The position numbers and the translations under genes are program-made. The notes under the pieces were generated by a model. That model saw only the letters and a list, made by a program, of their open reading frames with translations. It searched no databases and was not told the origin of the DNA. DNA of 63,646 nucleotides, the filler included, from Octopus bimaculoides (lineage: Eukaryota), in assembly GCF_001194135.2 (NCBI RefSeq). It is 5 parts of 5 records of this genome, joined end to end, with 100 filler letters (N's around TTAATTAATTAA, not from the genome) between each part and the next. Parts side by side here need not be neighbours in the genome. Positions count along the whole stretch, not along the records: positions 1 to 22,573 come from NC_068982.1; positions 22,674 to 44,002 come from NC_068983.1; 3 more parts are not named here. One strand, given 5' to 3'. Shown here piece after piece: positions 12,991 to 25,878 of this stretch. The first letter of the stretch is position 1; every line of letters begins with the position of its first letter.

Positions 12991-13849
12991 ATTATAAACT
13001 TCTTTGTCTGAACTAATAGCTTGCTTCCTAGTTTTCTTGTAGAAACAAGTTGCTTTGCTTCACAAATTAGTAATAGTCGCAACAATAACTGCAGATAACT
13101 GAAGTAACTGAAAAATTAAAACGTTTTATTATTGTTATTGCCTTTTATAATTCGACAAACGAATTGTCTTGTTTTAACAAGTAGATGTTGAACTAAATCT
13201 ACGTTTAAACAAGACATCTTAAAAAAAAAAAACAAATGTCAAAAATAACAGAATAAGTGTTATGGCAACAATTTTTACAATGGAGATACTACAACAAATA
13301 ATATTGTATCAAATGTATTTACAATGGAATACAGCAAATTTTCGTACGGCGAAAATATTTACAGCAAGAATGCTTGCCACGAATGTTAAAAATCCATCGT
13401 CATTAAAAAGAGAAAAAATCCGATCTGTGTGAACTCGTGCTAAACGGCTTCAGATGAGTTGTAGTCTTGTTTGTGCTTTGTATCAAGTCAATGGATATAC
13501 AGTACTGAAGTATTTCTGGCTCTGAAGACGAAGATAAATGTTTTTGCAGTGAAGAATTTACTGTATTAGACGATAAATCTCTTGGAGAGATAATCGGGGA
13601 TCATGAAGATTAGTTTTGTTGAGGTTTTGAAAGTGTTATATATATGTTGACGAAGATCGGAAAGAAAGAGTGAGTTAAAACCTGTTTCCTTGATATATGA
13701 AGTGATTGTAAATTTGTGTCGTTGAACGACACAAGATGGTCACCAACTGAGAATGTTCGTGGAGGCCGTGGAGGCCTCTTTGTTTTCAGAACAAGAAAAT
13801 AATTCAACTTTCATCAGTTGCTAGCCTTCTAAAAATATCAGGTTAGACC

Positions 13850-14325
13850 CGCAATGGAGAATTGCCTTCACATCAGCATGATGTTGCTATTAGTATACAG
13901 CAATCATCAACGGTGTCGAAAGAAAAGCTACTTGACTGATTAGCATAAAGTCACTTAGAAACATTCACAATCTCTGGTTTCCAGGCACGAAGCTTCTTCT
14001 TTCTGTGTTTTCTACCACTATAACAACGTCTTCTACTTTTCGGAGTCGGTTGGTTTCGTACCTGCTTCAGTCAGACATGCCTGACTCATTTGTCCCTTTT
14101 CTCATCACCTATATTCTGTTGACCGCATCCAAACCCGCACAAACTTCAACACCCAGTCCTTCCTCTGCAATACATCAACTCTCAGAATTTCTCTCCCATG
14201 GATAGTTTTCCTTTCTACAACCGTTGACTTGCCAATTTCCAAGGAAACGTATTAGCATTTGTCTGATTGGTCTCGGATTGTCTTCGAGCGCCATGGGTAC
14301 AATCTATTTCTCGAGTTCAAATCAA
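13850..14325 (+). mobile_element. CR1/L2-type LINE 3' end, same family as 9880-11250
   Basis: aaagaaaagctacttgactgattagc and ggttggtttcgtacctgcttc align with aagaaaagcaattcgactgattggc (~10945) and tagttggtttcgtacctcttcc (~11075); VERKAT*LIS motif. Confidence 0.7.
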
Positions 14326-15679
14326 TATATATATATATATATATATANNNNNNNNNNNNNNNNNNNNNNNNNNNNNNNNNNNNNNNNNNNNNNNNNNNNN
14401 NNNNNNNNNNNNNNNNNNNNNNNNNNNNNNNNNNNNNNNNNNNNNNNNNNNNNNNNNNNNNNNNNNNNNNNNNNNNNNNNNNNNNNNNNNNNNNNNNNNN
14501 NNNNNNNNNNNNNNNNNNNNNNNNNNNNNNNNNNNNNNNNNNNNNNNNNNNNNNNNNNNNNNNNNNNNNNNNNNNNNNNNNNNNNNNNNNNNNNNNNNNN
14601 NNNNNNNNNNNNNNNNNNNNNNNNNNNNNNNNNNNNNNNNNNNNNNNNNNNNNNNNNNNNNNNNNNNNNNNNNNNNNNNNNNNNNNNNNNNNNNNNNNNN
14701 NNNNNNNNNNNNNNNNNNNNNNNNNNNNNNNNNNNNNNNNNNNNNNNNNNNNNNNNNNNNNNNNNNNNNNNNNNNNNNNNNNNNNNNNNNNNNNNNNNNN
14801 NNNNNNNNNNNNNNNNNNNNNNNNNNNNNNNNNNNNNNNNNNNNNNNNNNNNNNNNNNNNNNNNNNNTATATATATATATATATTTTCATATATACATAC
14901 ATTCCCAGATAAACACACACGCGTACACATAAAATATCTGAATATAGTTCTGGTTGTGTTACCGATATATCTAAGGCAAACTTAATTTATTTTAGATATT
15001 AACATTTGTAGAAAGTTCAGAAGAGAATATTTACTCAGTACATTTTCTGGATTGCATCAAATTAACGTTGAGAAAAAAAAAAGAACCCCCCACCTCCCAA
15101 AATATTCGGTATAACGTAGACTATAATTGGTATTAGGAACATAATCTGTTTCGAAAGTATCCAAGTAACAGCTGTGTGTTTGCAATGATACCACAATTTC
15201 AATAATAATGATCAGTTGGATTTTAATCATGTTGAGGGCAGACGATAAAAAAAAAAAGAGAAAAATCAAGAAAACAAGTTCGAAAATTGTCTAAACGAAA
15301 TTAAAACATAAATTAATCGATATATTTGTTTAGGGAAAATTTATTAGTTTGAAAAAAATGAGAGTAAATGAAATCTTGCTTCTCAAATATGAATGTTACG
15401 GTTGTTTCACGAAAGAAAATATTTACTTTTCATCATAGCTGCACTAAGCTTCATTTGTGACGAGCAAGAGTAATCTAGGCAGATATTTTTAATGCAAATA
15501 TTCATAGAAATGAACTTTATTAAATATAAACATGGAGAAAACTAAAACGAAATTTATACCAAAATAAATTTTTGGTTAAATTTAGTCAATATCACATTTA
15601 AAACTGTCAGTTAAAGTTTTTCTAATCATAAATAAACTTGATACGGTGAATATTATAAGATTACATATAGATTAATAAT

Positions 15680-16215
15680 TGTAGTAGTGGGTGTACTAGT
15701 ACGTGTGATACTGTTTCGCGTAGTAGGTGTATTAGTGTATGAGTATTATATTAAGTTGTGTATGTAATGGTATATATAGAAGTGTATGTTACAGCGTGAT
15801 AATGTATATGTTAATGCATATTGCAGTGGGGAGTAGAGTATGTGGTAGTGTATTTTGTAGTGCGTGTAGTAGAATATTTAAGAATCGAAGGAATTGTGTA
15901 TAGTTGTGGGTGTAGTAGTGTAGTAGTATATGGTGTAATGGATGTAGTACAGAGGGTGTAGTAGAGTACAGAGTAGTGGATGTAAGAATGAGTCTAGACG
16001 CGTGTCTAATAGCAGATGTAGTAATGAGTGCAGTGGAGTAGGGTAGTGAATGTTGTAGTGGGTGTGGTAATTGATGCCTCATTGGTTATGGTAATGTAGT
16101 AATTTAATAGTGTAAGTTGTAGTCTGTGTACTAGTGTATGTTGTAGTGGGTGTAGCAATGGTTGTAGTAGTTTATGCAGTTGTCTGTGTAGTAATGAGTA
16201 TACGTAGTATTATGT
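15680..16215. repeat. Degenerate (GTA/GTG)n low-complexity tract
   Basis: Direct reading. Confidence 0.8.
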
Positions 16216-16229
16216 GGGGCAGCTTTTAT

Positions 16230-17169
16230 ACCGAAGCTTTAGCAACTCTCCCTCTATTCATACTGGAAGTAGATTTCCTTTACTTACATTGAAAAATGTT
16301 CTTGGAAACGTCACTACAATAAACCATTTAAATCAATTCATTCAGCAAGATCTTGTCTTCTATCATGTCTGAAGTTAATGTTTGTTATAAATTAGAAGTG
16401 AAATTTCTTTATACTGTTGCAGACATCCAAGTGAAGTTCTTTTTGTCAATAAAATGTAAAATTCACTGAAGTTTTCTACTGAATCTAACTATTTTACAAA
16501 GTTTCTCAATTATAATCACTTTCGAGCTTTTAAAATTTCATGAACAAGTTGTTTCAAAAATGGCATGCTTTCATTCCTTTTGAAAAGCATATCAGAAACA
16601 GAATATCAGTCCAAGTAATTCTTTTCTGAGAGTTTGCGAGGGACCCATACATTATAGCGAGAAGTGAATCCTAGCTTCACTAGGTGTTCATGAACCGTAC
16701 TTTTAGAAACTTCCAGCTCCACTGCAAGTTCTCTATAGTCGTGATATTTGAGTTTTCTTCGATTTTTGCCTTCAAAACATCTTCATCTAAGTTTGAAGGT
16801 CTTCCACTGTGACTGTTATCTCCAAGCTAAACTCTCCAGCTTTAAATTTTGAAACCCACCTTCGAATAGTTAATTAACCTACAGCATCATCACCATTAAT
16901 GTTTTTGCAAATCTTTGCAGCATTTTCTCCTTTGTTTTTTAAAAAAGAAAAGCATTACAACGCGCATCTGGAAATTTTTGTTATCCATTTCAAAGGTCAA
17001 TAAAGGGTAACCGGAATGAAAGATAAATCTATTTTCAGTCAGAAACAAAGAAGAGATGCGCTACTGCTTCAAGCAACGTCAAAGTTTTAACTGTTACGTT
17101 TCAGGTGTGTTTAATGAAGCGTTAAAATATTTAGCTTAAAAACGCTCTGAATTTTCGGACAACCTAATA
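16230..17169 (-). mobile_element. mariner transposon remnant, internally deleted
   Basis: TIR tattaggttgtccga at 17169; MDNKNFQMRVVMLFFF...TIRRWVSKFKAGEFSLE..SGRPSNLDEDVLKAKIEENSNIT..ELAVELEVSKSTVHEHLVKLGFTSRYNVWVPRKLSEKN; left boundary uncertain. Confidence 0.85.
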
Positions 17170-18495
17170 ATTAGAAAGTCCAAATAAACTTGAAGAATGC
17201 GCTTGTATTTCCAAACCATATTCCAATATCTACACAATACCCTAACCTTATGTCATGGTTTGATTTGACATAAAAACGGTGCCATAGGAAGACAATATGA
17301 AGTGGGCATACGAAAATAATAGTAAAATATATGAAGAGCATAAGGGCATGCGAAATATGAGAATTGCAATGTATGACAATTCGAGTAGAAATGGGGTATT
17401 GATTTGTGGCTAGATTCACTATTTCTAAATTAATTGGCATTGAAAATAGGTAGGACAGCAAAGTAGCGATTTATGGGCTGTGGAGGCAAGCAGAAAATAG
17501 GAAATTTTGCATTTGTGGATAAAAAAAGTTTATGTGAGAATAAGATCATGTCTGTGTCAGACACAAACCATAACAAAATGGTTGCTGCGTGGTTGAAATA
17601 GTTACGGCTACAACTAGCTTGTGATAGCTGTATGGACGACAGAAGGGAAAAAATGTGCTACACTGTAANNNNNNNNNNNNNNNNNGCAAAAAAACTCATA
17701 TATTCATTGGTAGCATTAATGTTACCTGGTTCAGCTGAAAGGAACGATACTGTCGAATGGTGATCAAATCTTTGTAATCTCTAGCGCATATCTGCTTAAA
17801 GGAGTGTCCTGATTTGCAAGCTGCATGTAAAATGTATTTTGAAATTACTGACTTGATTATATGGTTATATTTCACCTGAAATTTGCCCACATTACAACAC
17901 TATACTTTGTATAATGCTGTAATGTGGGCAAAGCACTACACAATGATCGCCGCAACAAAAAGGTAAAATCATAAATAATAAAGAGAATAATTTGCCAAAA
18001 TTTTGGTGGAGATTGACTCAAAAACGAGCATCTTCGTGTTTTAGCTTGCCGTGAGCGAATATAGAAAGAACTACTGTAGCAATGATAATTTTCATCTAAT
18101 CCATTTAGTTTTATTTACGTAGAGAATGTGGTGTAATATAGTATGTTTATGTTATGTACTAACAAAAAATACCGTTCATATCTTAAAAAAAATCTCTACT
18201 AAATAAATGTATTTTTTTAATAGTTCAAATATAAACACACTCATAAATCATTGCATATAATATTTATTGTATGTAATCTGTGATATTAGAAAACATAAAC
18301 GTTTATACAAGCTGTTCGCAACTGTAAACTTAATGTGTATAAATAAGGTGCATCAGGTAAAATATATCTTAAAATGAACATTACTCTATAGAACTAAATT
18401 GAAAGACTTTCACTCTCATATCTGAACGCCAAAGTGCACAATAATAATAATAAGAGATTTTTGCAACTCTCCACCGCAGACTAAAATAATCTTTC

Positions 18496-19100
18496 GGAGT
18501 GGCTGTGTGGTAAGAAGCCTGCTTCCCAACCACAGGATTCCTGGTTCAGTCCCACTGCGTGGCACCTTGGGCATGTGTCTTCTGCTATAGCACTGGGTCG
18601 ATGTAATCGGCTTCCCCCCACCACCAGAAACCGCTGGCCTTGTGCCAAAATTTCAAATTATTATTACAGACAAACATAAGGCAGCGAGCCGTCAGAATCG
18701 TTAGCGCGGGCAAAATACATAGTGGTATTCCGCCTGTTTTTATGTTCTGAGTTCAAATTTCGCCGAGGTCACTTTGCCTTTCATCCTTCTGGGGTTGATA
18801 AAAGAAATACCAGTTGAACACTGGGTTCGATGTAATCAGCTTATCCCCCTCCCCCGAAACTGCTGGCCTTATGCCAAAGTTTGAAACCATTATTACAGAC
18901 GTGGCAGAGTTGTTAGTACACCGGGCAAAATGCGTAGCGGCATTTCGCCTGTCTTTACGCTCTGAGTTCAAATTCCGTCGAGGTCGACCTTGCCTTTTAT
19001 CCTTTCGGGAACGATAAAATAAGTACCGGTTGAACACAGGGGTCAATGCAATCGACGTATCTCCCCTAAAATTACTGGCCTTGTGCCAAAAATTGAAAGC
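18496..19100 (+). mobile_element. SINE cluster: family A head fused to a family B tail (18496-18660), then two family B copies (18679-18888, 18901-19100)
   Basis: Direct homology to the copies at 2105 and 12786. Confidence 0.85.
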
Positions 19101-19324
19101 ATTATCATTGTCAAACACATTATGTATGCATATATAGAAATATACAAATATACAAACGTACATATATGTACACATGCACACACGAACATGCACTACAAAT
19201 ATAGGGACTGTCTTCATTAGACATATTACATTACAAGCGGTTGATCAAATGTGGTTGACAGCTATTACGTGGAATCGCGAAAAGATATTGCAATAATACC
19301 ACATTCTTATTAATATTGACAATA

Positions 19325-19872
19325 TTAAAAGCAGAAGAACGTCCCTGAAAGACGATGAGCAACCTGGAAGATCTGCCACGAGCGTCTCCCCAGGAAATTT
19401 GGAGAAAATTCATCAGTTTGTGCTTGAGGATCCTCGGAGGACAATGGATGACATTGCTGAAGTTTTTGGTCTGTCGTATGGGTCCACTTATGCAATCCTA
19501 ACATTTGAATTCTTCACGACGATAATGCACCCCAGTTACTCGTAAGTTTCTCGCCAAAACAACATGGTATCGTACCCGTACCCGCCCTATTCTCCTGATT
19601 TAGCACCTGCGAACTTCCATCTCTTCCCCAAGATGAAAACACAGCTCAAAGGTCACTGTGTTAACTCTGTTGTCGAGCTCCAGAGCAAATCATAGAAGGT
19701 CCTCGACTCACTTATGGAAAACGACTTCTCGGCTGGATTCGAAAAGTAGCAGGAATTCTGGGACCGGTGTATTTCCACATAAGGTGACTACTTCGAAGGA
19801 GATGACGTTAAAACTTAGGTAAATAAGTTATTTTTTTTATTAAACATAACTAGTCTTTGATACCACCTCGTA
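19325..19872 (+). mobile_element. mariner remnant with internal deletion and 3' TIR
   Basis: RTSLKDDEQPGRSATSV...DPRRTMDDIAEVFGLSYGS joined to LHDDNAP...PPYSPDLAPANFHLFPKMK...GDYFEGD; ends ctttgataccacctcgTA. Confidence 0.9.
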
Positions 19873-20389
19873 CAATGTAATCTTCAGAACACAGATATCC
19901 AAAGACACACCTGACATATTTCTCGCTGCGTTAGATAGGCACTTTTCACTACGTAGCAAGTATAAACAGATTTTCAATCGGCTCACGATTAGGCTTGCCT
20001 TTTCGACAAGTAGGAATTTAGCTCAAATTATTGCGGCACTCAATTGGAGGAGAGTTAGAGAATTCATCTAGTAAATACAAATGATAAAATTAATATTAAC
20101 ATTAATAGTAATAATATGACTGGTGGTAGTAATAACTATACGGATACAGTGAAGCATAATATAAATGACTCTAGCGGGATAATAAATAGCTGTTTGACTA
20201 AGAATAAGAGTGAAAACAATACAAGGCCTACGGAACTTTGTATATAATAGAGATAAATGAGTCCAAACAACACTCGTTTGAATGAATTGAACCGAGTAAA
20301 GAATATAATAACACGCCCGATTTAACCTATAAAGAAACTAATAATACATAATAATATAGACAGAGTACCTTATACTACTGCCAACAGCA

Positions 20390-21420
20390 AGCATAGGGTT
20401 AATATTAAAAACCATTATTGTAACTGTAAGAGCAAATTATGTCCGCTTGAAGGACAATACCTCAGAAAAAGCGTAGTTTATAGATGTATAGCAATAGTTG
20501 ATAACATTTTCAATTATTACATAGGGTCATGTTCTTCGTTCAAAAATCAGAAAAAAATAAATTGTACAGTTTTGAGTGTGTTCATTTGGTTTTTAAATGA
20601 TAAAAACACTAAACCTGATATTAGATGAGCAATAATTTGTAGAGTTTCACCAGCGGGAGCTCGAAAAATAATTTATGTAATTTATGTTTGAGAGAGATAT
20701 TTCATATCTTTACCTCTGATTACGGGTTATTACATCAGCGAAATGATTTAACTCTGAAATGCGTGCATACTTTTAGAAAAGTATCTAAGAACTTTCCGGA
20801 TAAGGATTTTAAATAGGATATCATATAGACAGGAGTGCACATAAGTTAAACTAGTATAATCGTAGAGTTACACTAGTTAGTTTTTAACAATCTCATTATA
20901 AATTACATTCCTCTTTATTTTTTTATTTCCCCTGTATTTTATCTTTCTTTTGATTCCTCTTTCTCTATTTATCTTGTATGGTATCATTCAATCTTCATTA
21001 TGAGTGGACAGTGACGTGAATGCATCCTGACCTAATTAAGGTTTTTATTTCTACTACTAAGTATATAAAAAAATCTTCTCCATTAACTTCTAAAAGGTCA
21101 TTCTAAGTTTAAACTATAGCCATATCGTATTCCAAAGTAATCTCTACTATCATGTACACTAAAACTTTATAATTCCTTCACCCAGAATATAGTTTGAGAA
21201 AGACTATCTAACATTGAATTTTTCAGTTCGCTTTACCCACCCGTATCCGAAAAACCTTGAAGAGGGGTTCTTAGGAATGTCTACCCTGGCTGAATACAGC
21301 AAATAGACCGATTAAATGCACGTAAATGCTATAACAAGCAGAAACACGTGTCGGATTAGAATCTAATGTGAATTTAATAGGAATAATACTGTAATAAACA
21401 AGTTTTAAAGATGCATAATT
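20390..21420 (+). mobile_element. Penelope-like element 3' fragment (GIY-YIG plus pLTR tail)
   Basis: CNCKSKLCPLEGQYLRKSVVYRCIAIVDNIFNYYIGSCSSFKNQ...TVLSVFIWFLNDKNTKPDIR*AI matches PLE CNCR...CPL.G.CL...VVY...YIG; AT-rich tail. Confidence 0.8.
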
Positions 21421-21472
21421 CTCAATTCCTTTTTATGATGTCTTGATGTCTTGAGATCTTGATGTGTTGATT

Positions 21473-21474
<2 letters not shown>

Positions 21475-21545
<71 letters not shown>
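21475..21545. repeat. (TA)n microsatellite
   Basis: Direct. Confidence 0.95.
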
Positions 21546-21546
<1 letters not shown>

Positions 21547-22514
21547 GTTCTTTATGTGCAACAGAGGCAGCTTTAGAATAAAATAATAGCCTTCTAAATC
21601 TCATACTATATGTATTATATATATACATAACTGCCAGGGAGATTTACTGTGGTATTCGTCCTGAGATAATATCGCCAAGTGATGTGCTGTGTTTAAAACT
21701 ACAATATATATCGGAGCGAGACGGAAATTGTTCCGGTAGAGGCTAGAAAGATTCCAGATGTACTTCTGCTTTGTTGGACGTTGTCGATAACCTGTACTTG
21801 TAACCAGCCACATATTTAGACGAAATCTGTCACCACTTGCACGTATGAAAACACTGAATAAGAATCCACTGGTGTTGCGAACACCCGCTCTGCTGAACAA
21901 AAATCCATTATATGTAAGAAAAAGAGTATTAGATTAAACTAGCTATATATCTAAGATATCTATGTATCTTAGTGTACGTGAAATCGGGAAAAGCAAATTT
22001 ACTACGGTATTCATCCGGAAATAATATCTCTTATAAAGATATATAGAGGATATAAAAGATATAAGAGAAGGAGACAAAAATCGTCTCAGAAGCGGGCACA
22101 TCTCTAAGTAGATTTGCCGTTCCTAATGTATTTACGTAAGAATAGCACATGGATGACTATTTTAATCTAACACAGTTTTGTTGCATATAATACATATTTA
22201 TTAAGTTGGGCGGCAGTTCGTAGCATCAGTGCTGATGTACTTGTGGCGACAAATTTCGTCTAGGTATGTGGGTGGCTGTGAGTACACGCTATAGACAACA
22301 CTCAATGTGGTAGAAATGTATTTAGCATTCTCACTGGCTGCCGCTCGAACAATTTTTTTCCCCTCTGATATATATTGTTTTAAAAACAGCATATCCATAA
22401 GAGAATTATCTCTAGACGAACGGTGTAGTAAATTTGTCTTTCATGATGGATTTTCATTACATGTGATGCTTATATATATATATATATATATATCTATATA
22501 TATAAAAATGAGAA

Positions 22515-22573
<59 letters not shown>

Positions 22574-22673
22574 NNNNNNNNNNNNNNNNNNNNNNNNNNN
22601 NNNNNNNNNNNNNNNNNTTAATTAATTAANNNNNNNNNNNNNNNNNNNNNNNNNNNNNNNNNNNNNNNNNNNN
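22574..22673. other. Artificial 100-bp scaffold join: N44-TTAATTAATTAA-N44
   Basis: The same 12-mer sits between N runs at 22618, 44047, 54750 and 60583. Confidence 0.9.
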
Positions 22674-22693
22674 ATATATATATATATATATAT

Positions 22694-22739
<46 letters not shown>

Positions 22740-23570
22740 CGATCGGAAACGTAACATGCGGTGTGTGAATGACGTTTTCAGCCGACATGTGCAATCTTTT
22801 GTGCCATTGCCCCAGCATGGCCACAACTTTTAGGCTGAGCCGCATAAACGAGTACATACGCACGGCGTACAGGAATAGTGGATGAAAAGCAGAAAATAAA
22901 AGAGAGGAAGAGTGGAGTGAGAGAAAATGTGAGTGACTCTACTCTTGAGCATGAATAAGGAGATATATGAAAACAATAGAGAAACTTTTAAAGATTTTGA
23001 GTGCGAGAATGAGAGAAAGAGATGGATGTAAGAGAAATAGTAAGTAGAGGAGGGAAGGTGAAAGATAGAATTAAACTGGGAGAAGGAATGGAAGAATCAT
23101 AGATATTAGGCAAATTACAAAGTGTAGGGAATTAAGAGTGAGTTGGCTTGAAGCATAGATCACGAGAGGAACAATGTCTGAGAGAGGAGGAGGCGAGGGA
23201 GAGTGCATATTGTGTGTTGTTTGCATGTGTGTATGGGGAGGGGTTGAAATCATTAGATGTAGGAGCATGAAGTAAAGTGTGTGTAAAAGAGAATGTAGGA
23301 GAGTAAGTAAGAAACAGAGAGGAGGTATGAAAGAGGAGGTAGGCAGAATGCATGTAAATAAACCAAAAACAAAAGAAACCAAATGAATGCGAGAATGAGA
23401 AAGATTAAAGAGAATTAAGTTAATAATGGAGAGAAATCAAGACATTGAGAGATTAAACAGAGAGAGAACATAGATGAGAGATAAAGTAGGAAACTATTTT
23501 ACGAAGAGCAAGATATTTAGAAAGAGAGGGACGAAGTTGATGTTTTAGGGACCGATACAGTGATAGGGGT

Positions 23571-23954
23571 TGTTGGCACTCCGTCGCTTACGATGTCTAG
23601 GGTTCCAGTTGATCCGATCAACGGAACAGCCTGCTCGTGAAATTAACGTGCAAGTGGCTGAGCACTCCACAGACACGTGTACCCTTAATGTAGTTCTCGG
23701 GGATATTCAGCGTGACACAGTGTGACAAGGCTGACCCTTTGAATTACAGGCACAACAGAAACAGGAAGTAAGAGTGAGAGAAAGTTGTGGTGAAAGAGTA
23801 CAGCAGGCTTCGCCACCATCCCCTGCCGGAGCATCGTGGAACTTTAGGTGGTTTTCGCTCAATAAACACTCACAACGCCTGGTCTGGGAATCGAAACCGT
23901 GATCCTATGACCGCGAGTCCGCTGCCCTAACCACTGAGCCATTGCGCCTCCACT
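23571..23954 (-). mobile_element. Full-length tRNA-derived SINE family C with 11-bp TSD
   Basis: Head ggaggcgcaatggctcagtggttagggcagcggactcgcggtcataggatcacggtttcgattccc resembles tRNA-Arg; flanked by direct repeat gtgataggggt at 23560-23570 and 23955-23965. Confidence 0.9.
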
Positions 23955-24430
23955 GTGATAGGGGTACCGAGCGATAAATGGATGAAGACAGAGATGNNNN
24001 NNNNNNNNNNNNNNNNNNNNNNNNNNNNNNNNNNNNNNNNNNNNNNNNNNNNNNNNNNNNNNNNNNNNNNNNNNNNNNNNNNNNNNNNNNNNNNNNNNNN
24101 NNNNNNNNNNNNNNNNNNNNNNNNNNNNNNNNNNNNNNNNNNNNNNNNNNNNNNNNNNNNNNNNNNNNNNNNNNNNNNNNNNNNNNNNNNNNNNNNNNNN
24201 NNNNNNNNNNNNNNNNNNNNNNNNNNNNNNNNNNNNNNNNNNNNNNNNNNNNNNNNNNNNNNNNNNNNNNNNNNNNNNNNNNNNNNNNNNNNNNNNNNNN
24301 NNNNNNNNNNNNNNNNNNNNNNNNNNNNNNNNNNNNNNNNNNNNNNNNNNNNNNNNNNNNNNNNNNNNNNNNNNNNNNNNNNNNNNNNNNNNNNNNNNNN
24401 NNNNNNNNNNNNNNNNNNNNNNNNNNNNNN

Positions 24431-24470
<40 letters not shown>

Positions 24471-24587
24471 GTGTGTGTGTGTGCGTGTGTGAATTGTTGT
24501 ATAATGATGATCATATCTTGCCAATTAAAACTCGCACTATATGTTTGGTCATTACTTCAGCTTTATTAGTATTGATTTTTGCTCCTT

Positions 24588-24630
24588 GTCAAAGATCTTT
24601 CGTCGCACATCCTGTGACCTCTTCAATGAC
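24588..24630 (-). ncRNA. Minimal hammerhead motif (C3>U in this copy)
   Basis: Minus: gtca-TTGAAGA-ggtcacaggatgtgcgac-GAAA-gatc-TT-tgac; 4-bp stem I, palindromic stem III AGATCT. The partner arm keeps CTGAAGA. Confidence 0.55.
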
Positions 24631-24692
24631 TCTTTCTCCCACGTGTCGCCTCTTGTTCTGCTTTGTTCATTTTGTGACACGTAGGATAAAGA

Positions 24693-24735
24693 CTCGCTGA
24701 AGAGGTCACAAGATGTGTGACGAAAAAACTTTCAC
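24693..24735 (+). ncRNA. Minimal hammerhead motif (stems I and III decayed)
   Basis: CTGAAGA 24697-24703, g-gtcaca-agatg-tgtgac stem II, GAAA 24722-25. Confidence 0.45.
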
Positions 24736-25601
24736 AAAGAAACAATAATAATAATAATAAAGCTGAAGTACAGATCAAGCATATAGTGTGTGTATTTAAC
24801 TGACAAAATATGACCATCTCCAAGTATAACAATATCTGTTTCAACACACAATTTCACGTCCAGAATCTCGGAAACCAAATACATAAACGTGTATACATTT
24901 ATACACACACACATACATATACATAAATCATATATATNNNNNNNNNNNNNNNNNNNNNNNNNNNNNNNNNNNNNNNNNNNNNNNNNNNNNNNNNNNNNNN
25001 NNNNNNNNNNNNNNNNNNNNNNNNNNNNNNNNNNNNNNNNNNNNNNNNNNNNNNNNNNNNNNNNNNNNNNNNNNNNNNNNNNNNNNNNNNNNNNNNNNNN
25101 NNNNNNNNNNNNNNNNNNNNNNNNNNNNNNNNNNNNNNNNNNNNNNNNNNNNNNNNNNNNNNNNNNNNNNNNNNNNNNNNNNNNNNNNNNNNNNNNNNNN
25201 NNNNNNNNNNNNNNNNNNNNNNNNNNNNNNNNNNNNNNNNNNNNNNNNNNNNNNNNNNNNNNNNNNNNNNNNNNNNNNNNNNNNNNNNNNNCACACACAC
25301 ACACACACACACACACGCATATATATATATATATTTATATACAGAGGGTGATAAATTGAATATTAATTCAATTAACATCAATTTAAAACCAGTGGCCTAG
25401 CATATAAAAAAATCTGAAAATTCAGAAAAATTGTATTACATGCGTATGAGAAGGGATGACCACTAAGTGGAGATCCGATATGCTATAAATAGATCATCCA
25501 CGATATAACCACAAAGAAAATAACGTTCTCTAGAAAGAATTCAGCAAACACTAGAAGATAAGCGGGTAAGACAAATGAAAATATACAAAATAAAGAATTA
25601 A

Positions 25602-25666
25602 TCGTATACCGGTTTCGCCATCAACTCTTTTACTTACGTAAAAACGTCCGTGGATCGTCAGTACGA
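25602..25666 (-). ncRNA. Type-I hammerhead ribozyme motif
   Basis: Minus: tcgta-CTGACGA-tccac...atggc-GAAA-C-CG-GTA-tacga; 5-bp stem I, palindromic stem III ACCGGT, GUA triplet; first stem II pair mutated. Confidence 0.75.
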
Positions 25667-25878
25667 CCATTCTAATTTAATATAATTTGCAGAACTATAC
25701 ACGAATTGTCTTCATAAAGTTTGACGTGCGTACAATTCTCTCGATTACATTGGGGTTATTTTCAAATGAGCTGAGACATTTGAAAATAACCCCAATGTAA
25801 TCGGTAGAATTGTACGCTCGTCAAACTTTATGAAGACAATTCGTGTATAGTTCTGCAAATTATATTGAATTAGAATGG

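Larger units (their letters stand above)
24491..24836. repeat. Foldback element 1: ~160-bp inverted arms (roughly 75% identical), 24-nt spacer, a hammerhead-like motif in each arm
   Basis: 24491-24649 aligns to the reverse complement of 24674-24836. Confidence 0.85.

Noticed and set aside
21560-22200. Possible further Penelope-like coding remnant on the minus strand
   Set aside because: No diagnostic RT or GIY-YIG motif could be read.
22618-22629. Recurrent TTAATTAATTAA motif (also at 44047, 54750, 60583)
   Set aside because: Always centred between N runs; a scaffolding linker, not biology.
23880-23954. Possible tRNA-Arg gene
   Set aside because: It is the head of a TSD-flanked SINE; no paired acceptor stem or Pol III terminator.
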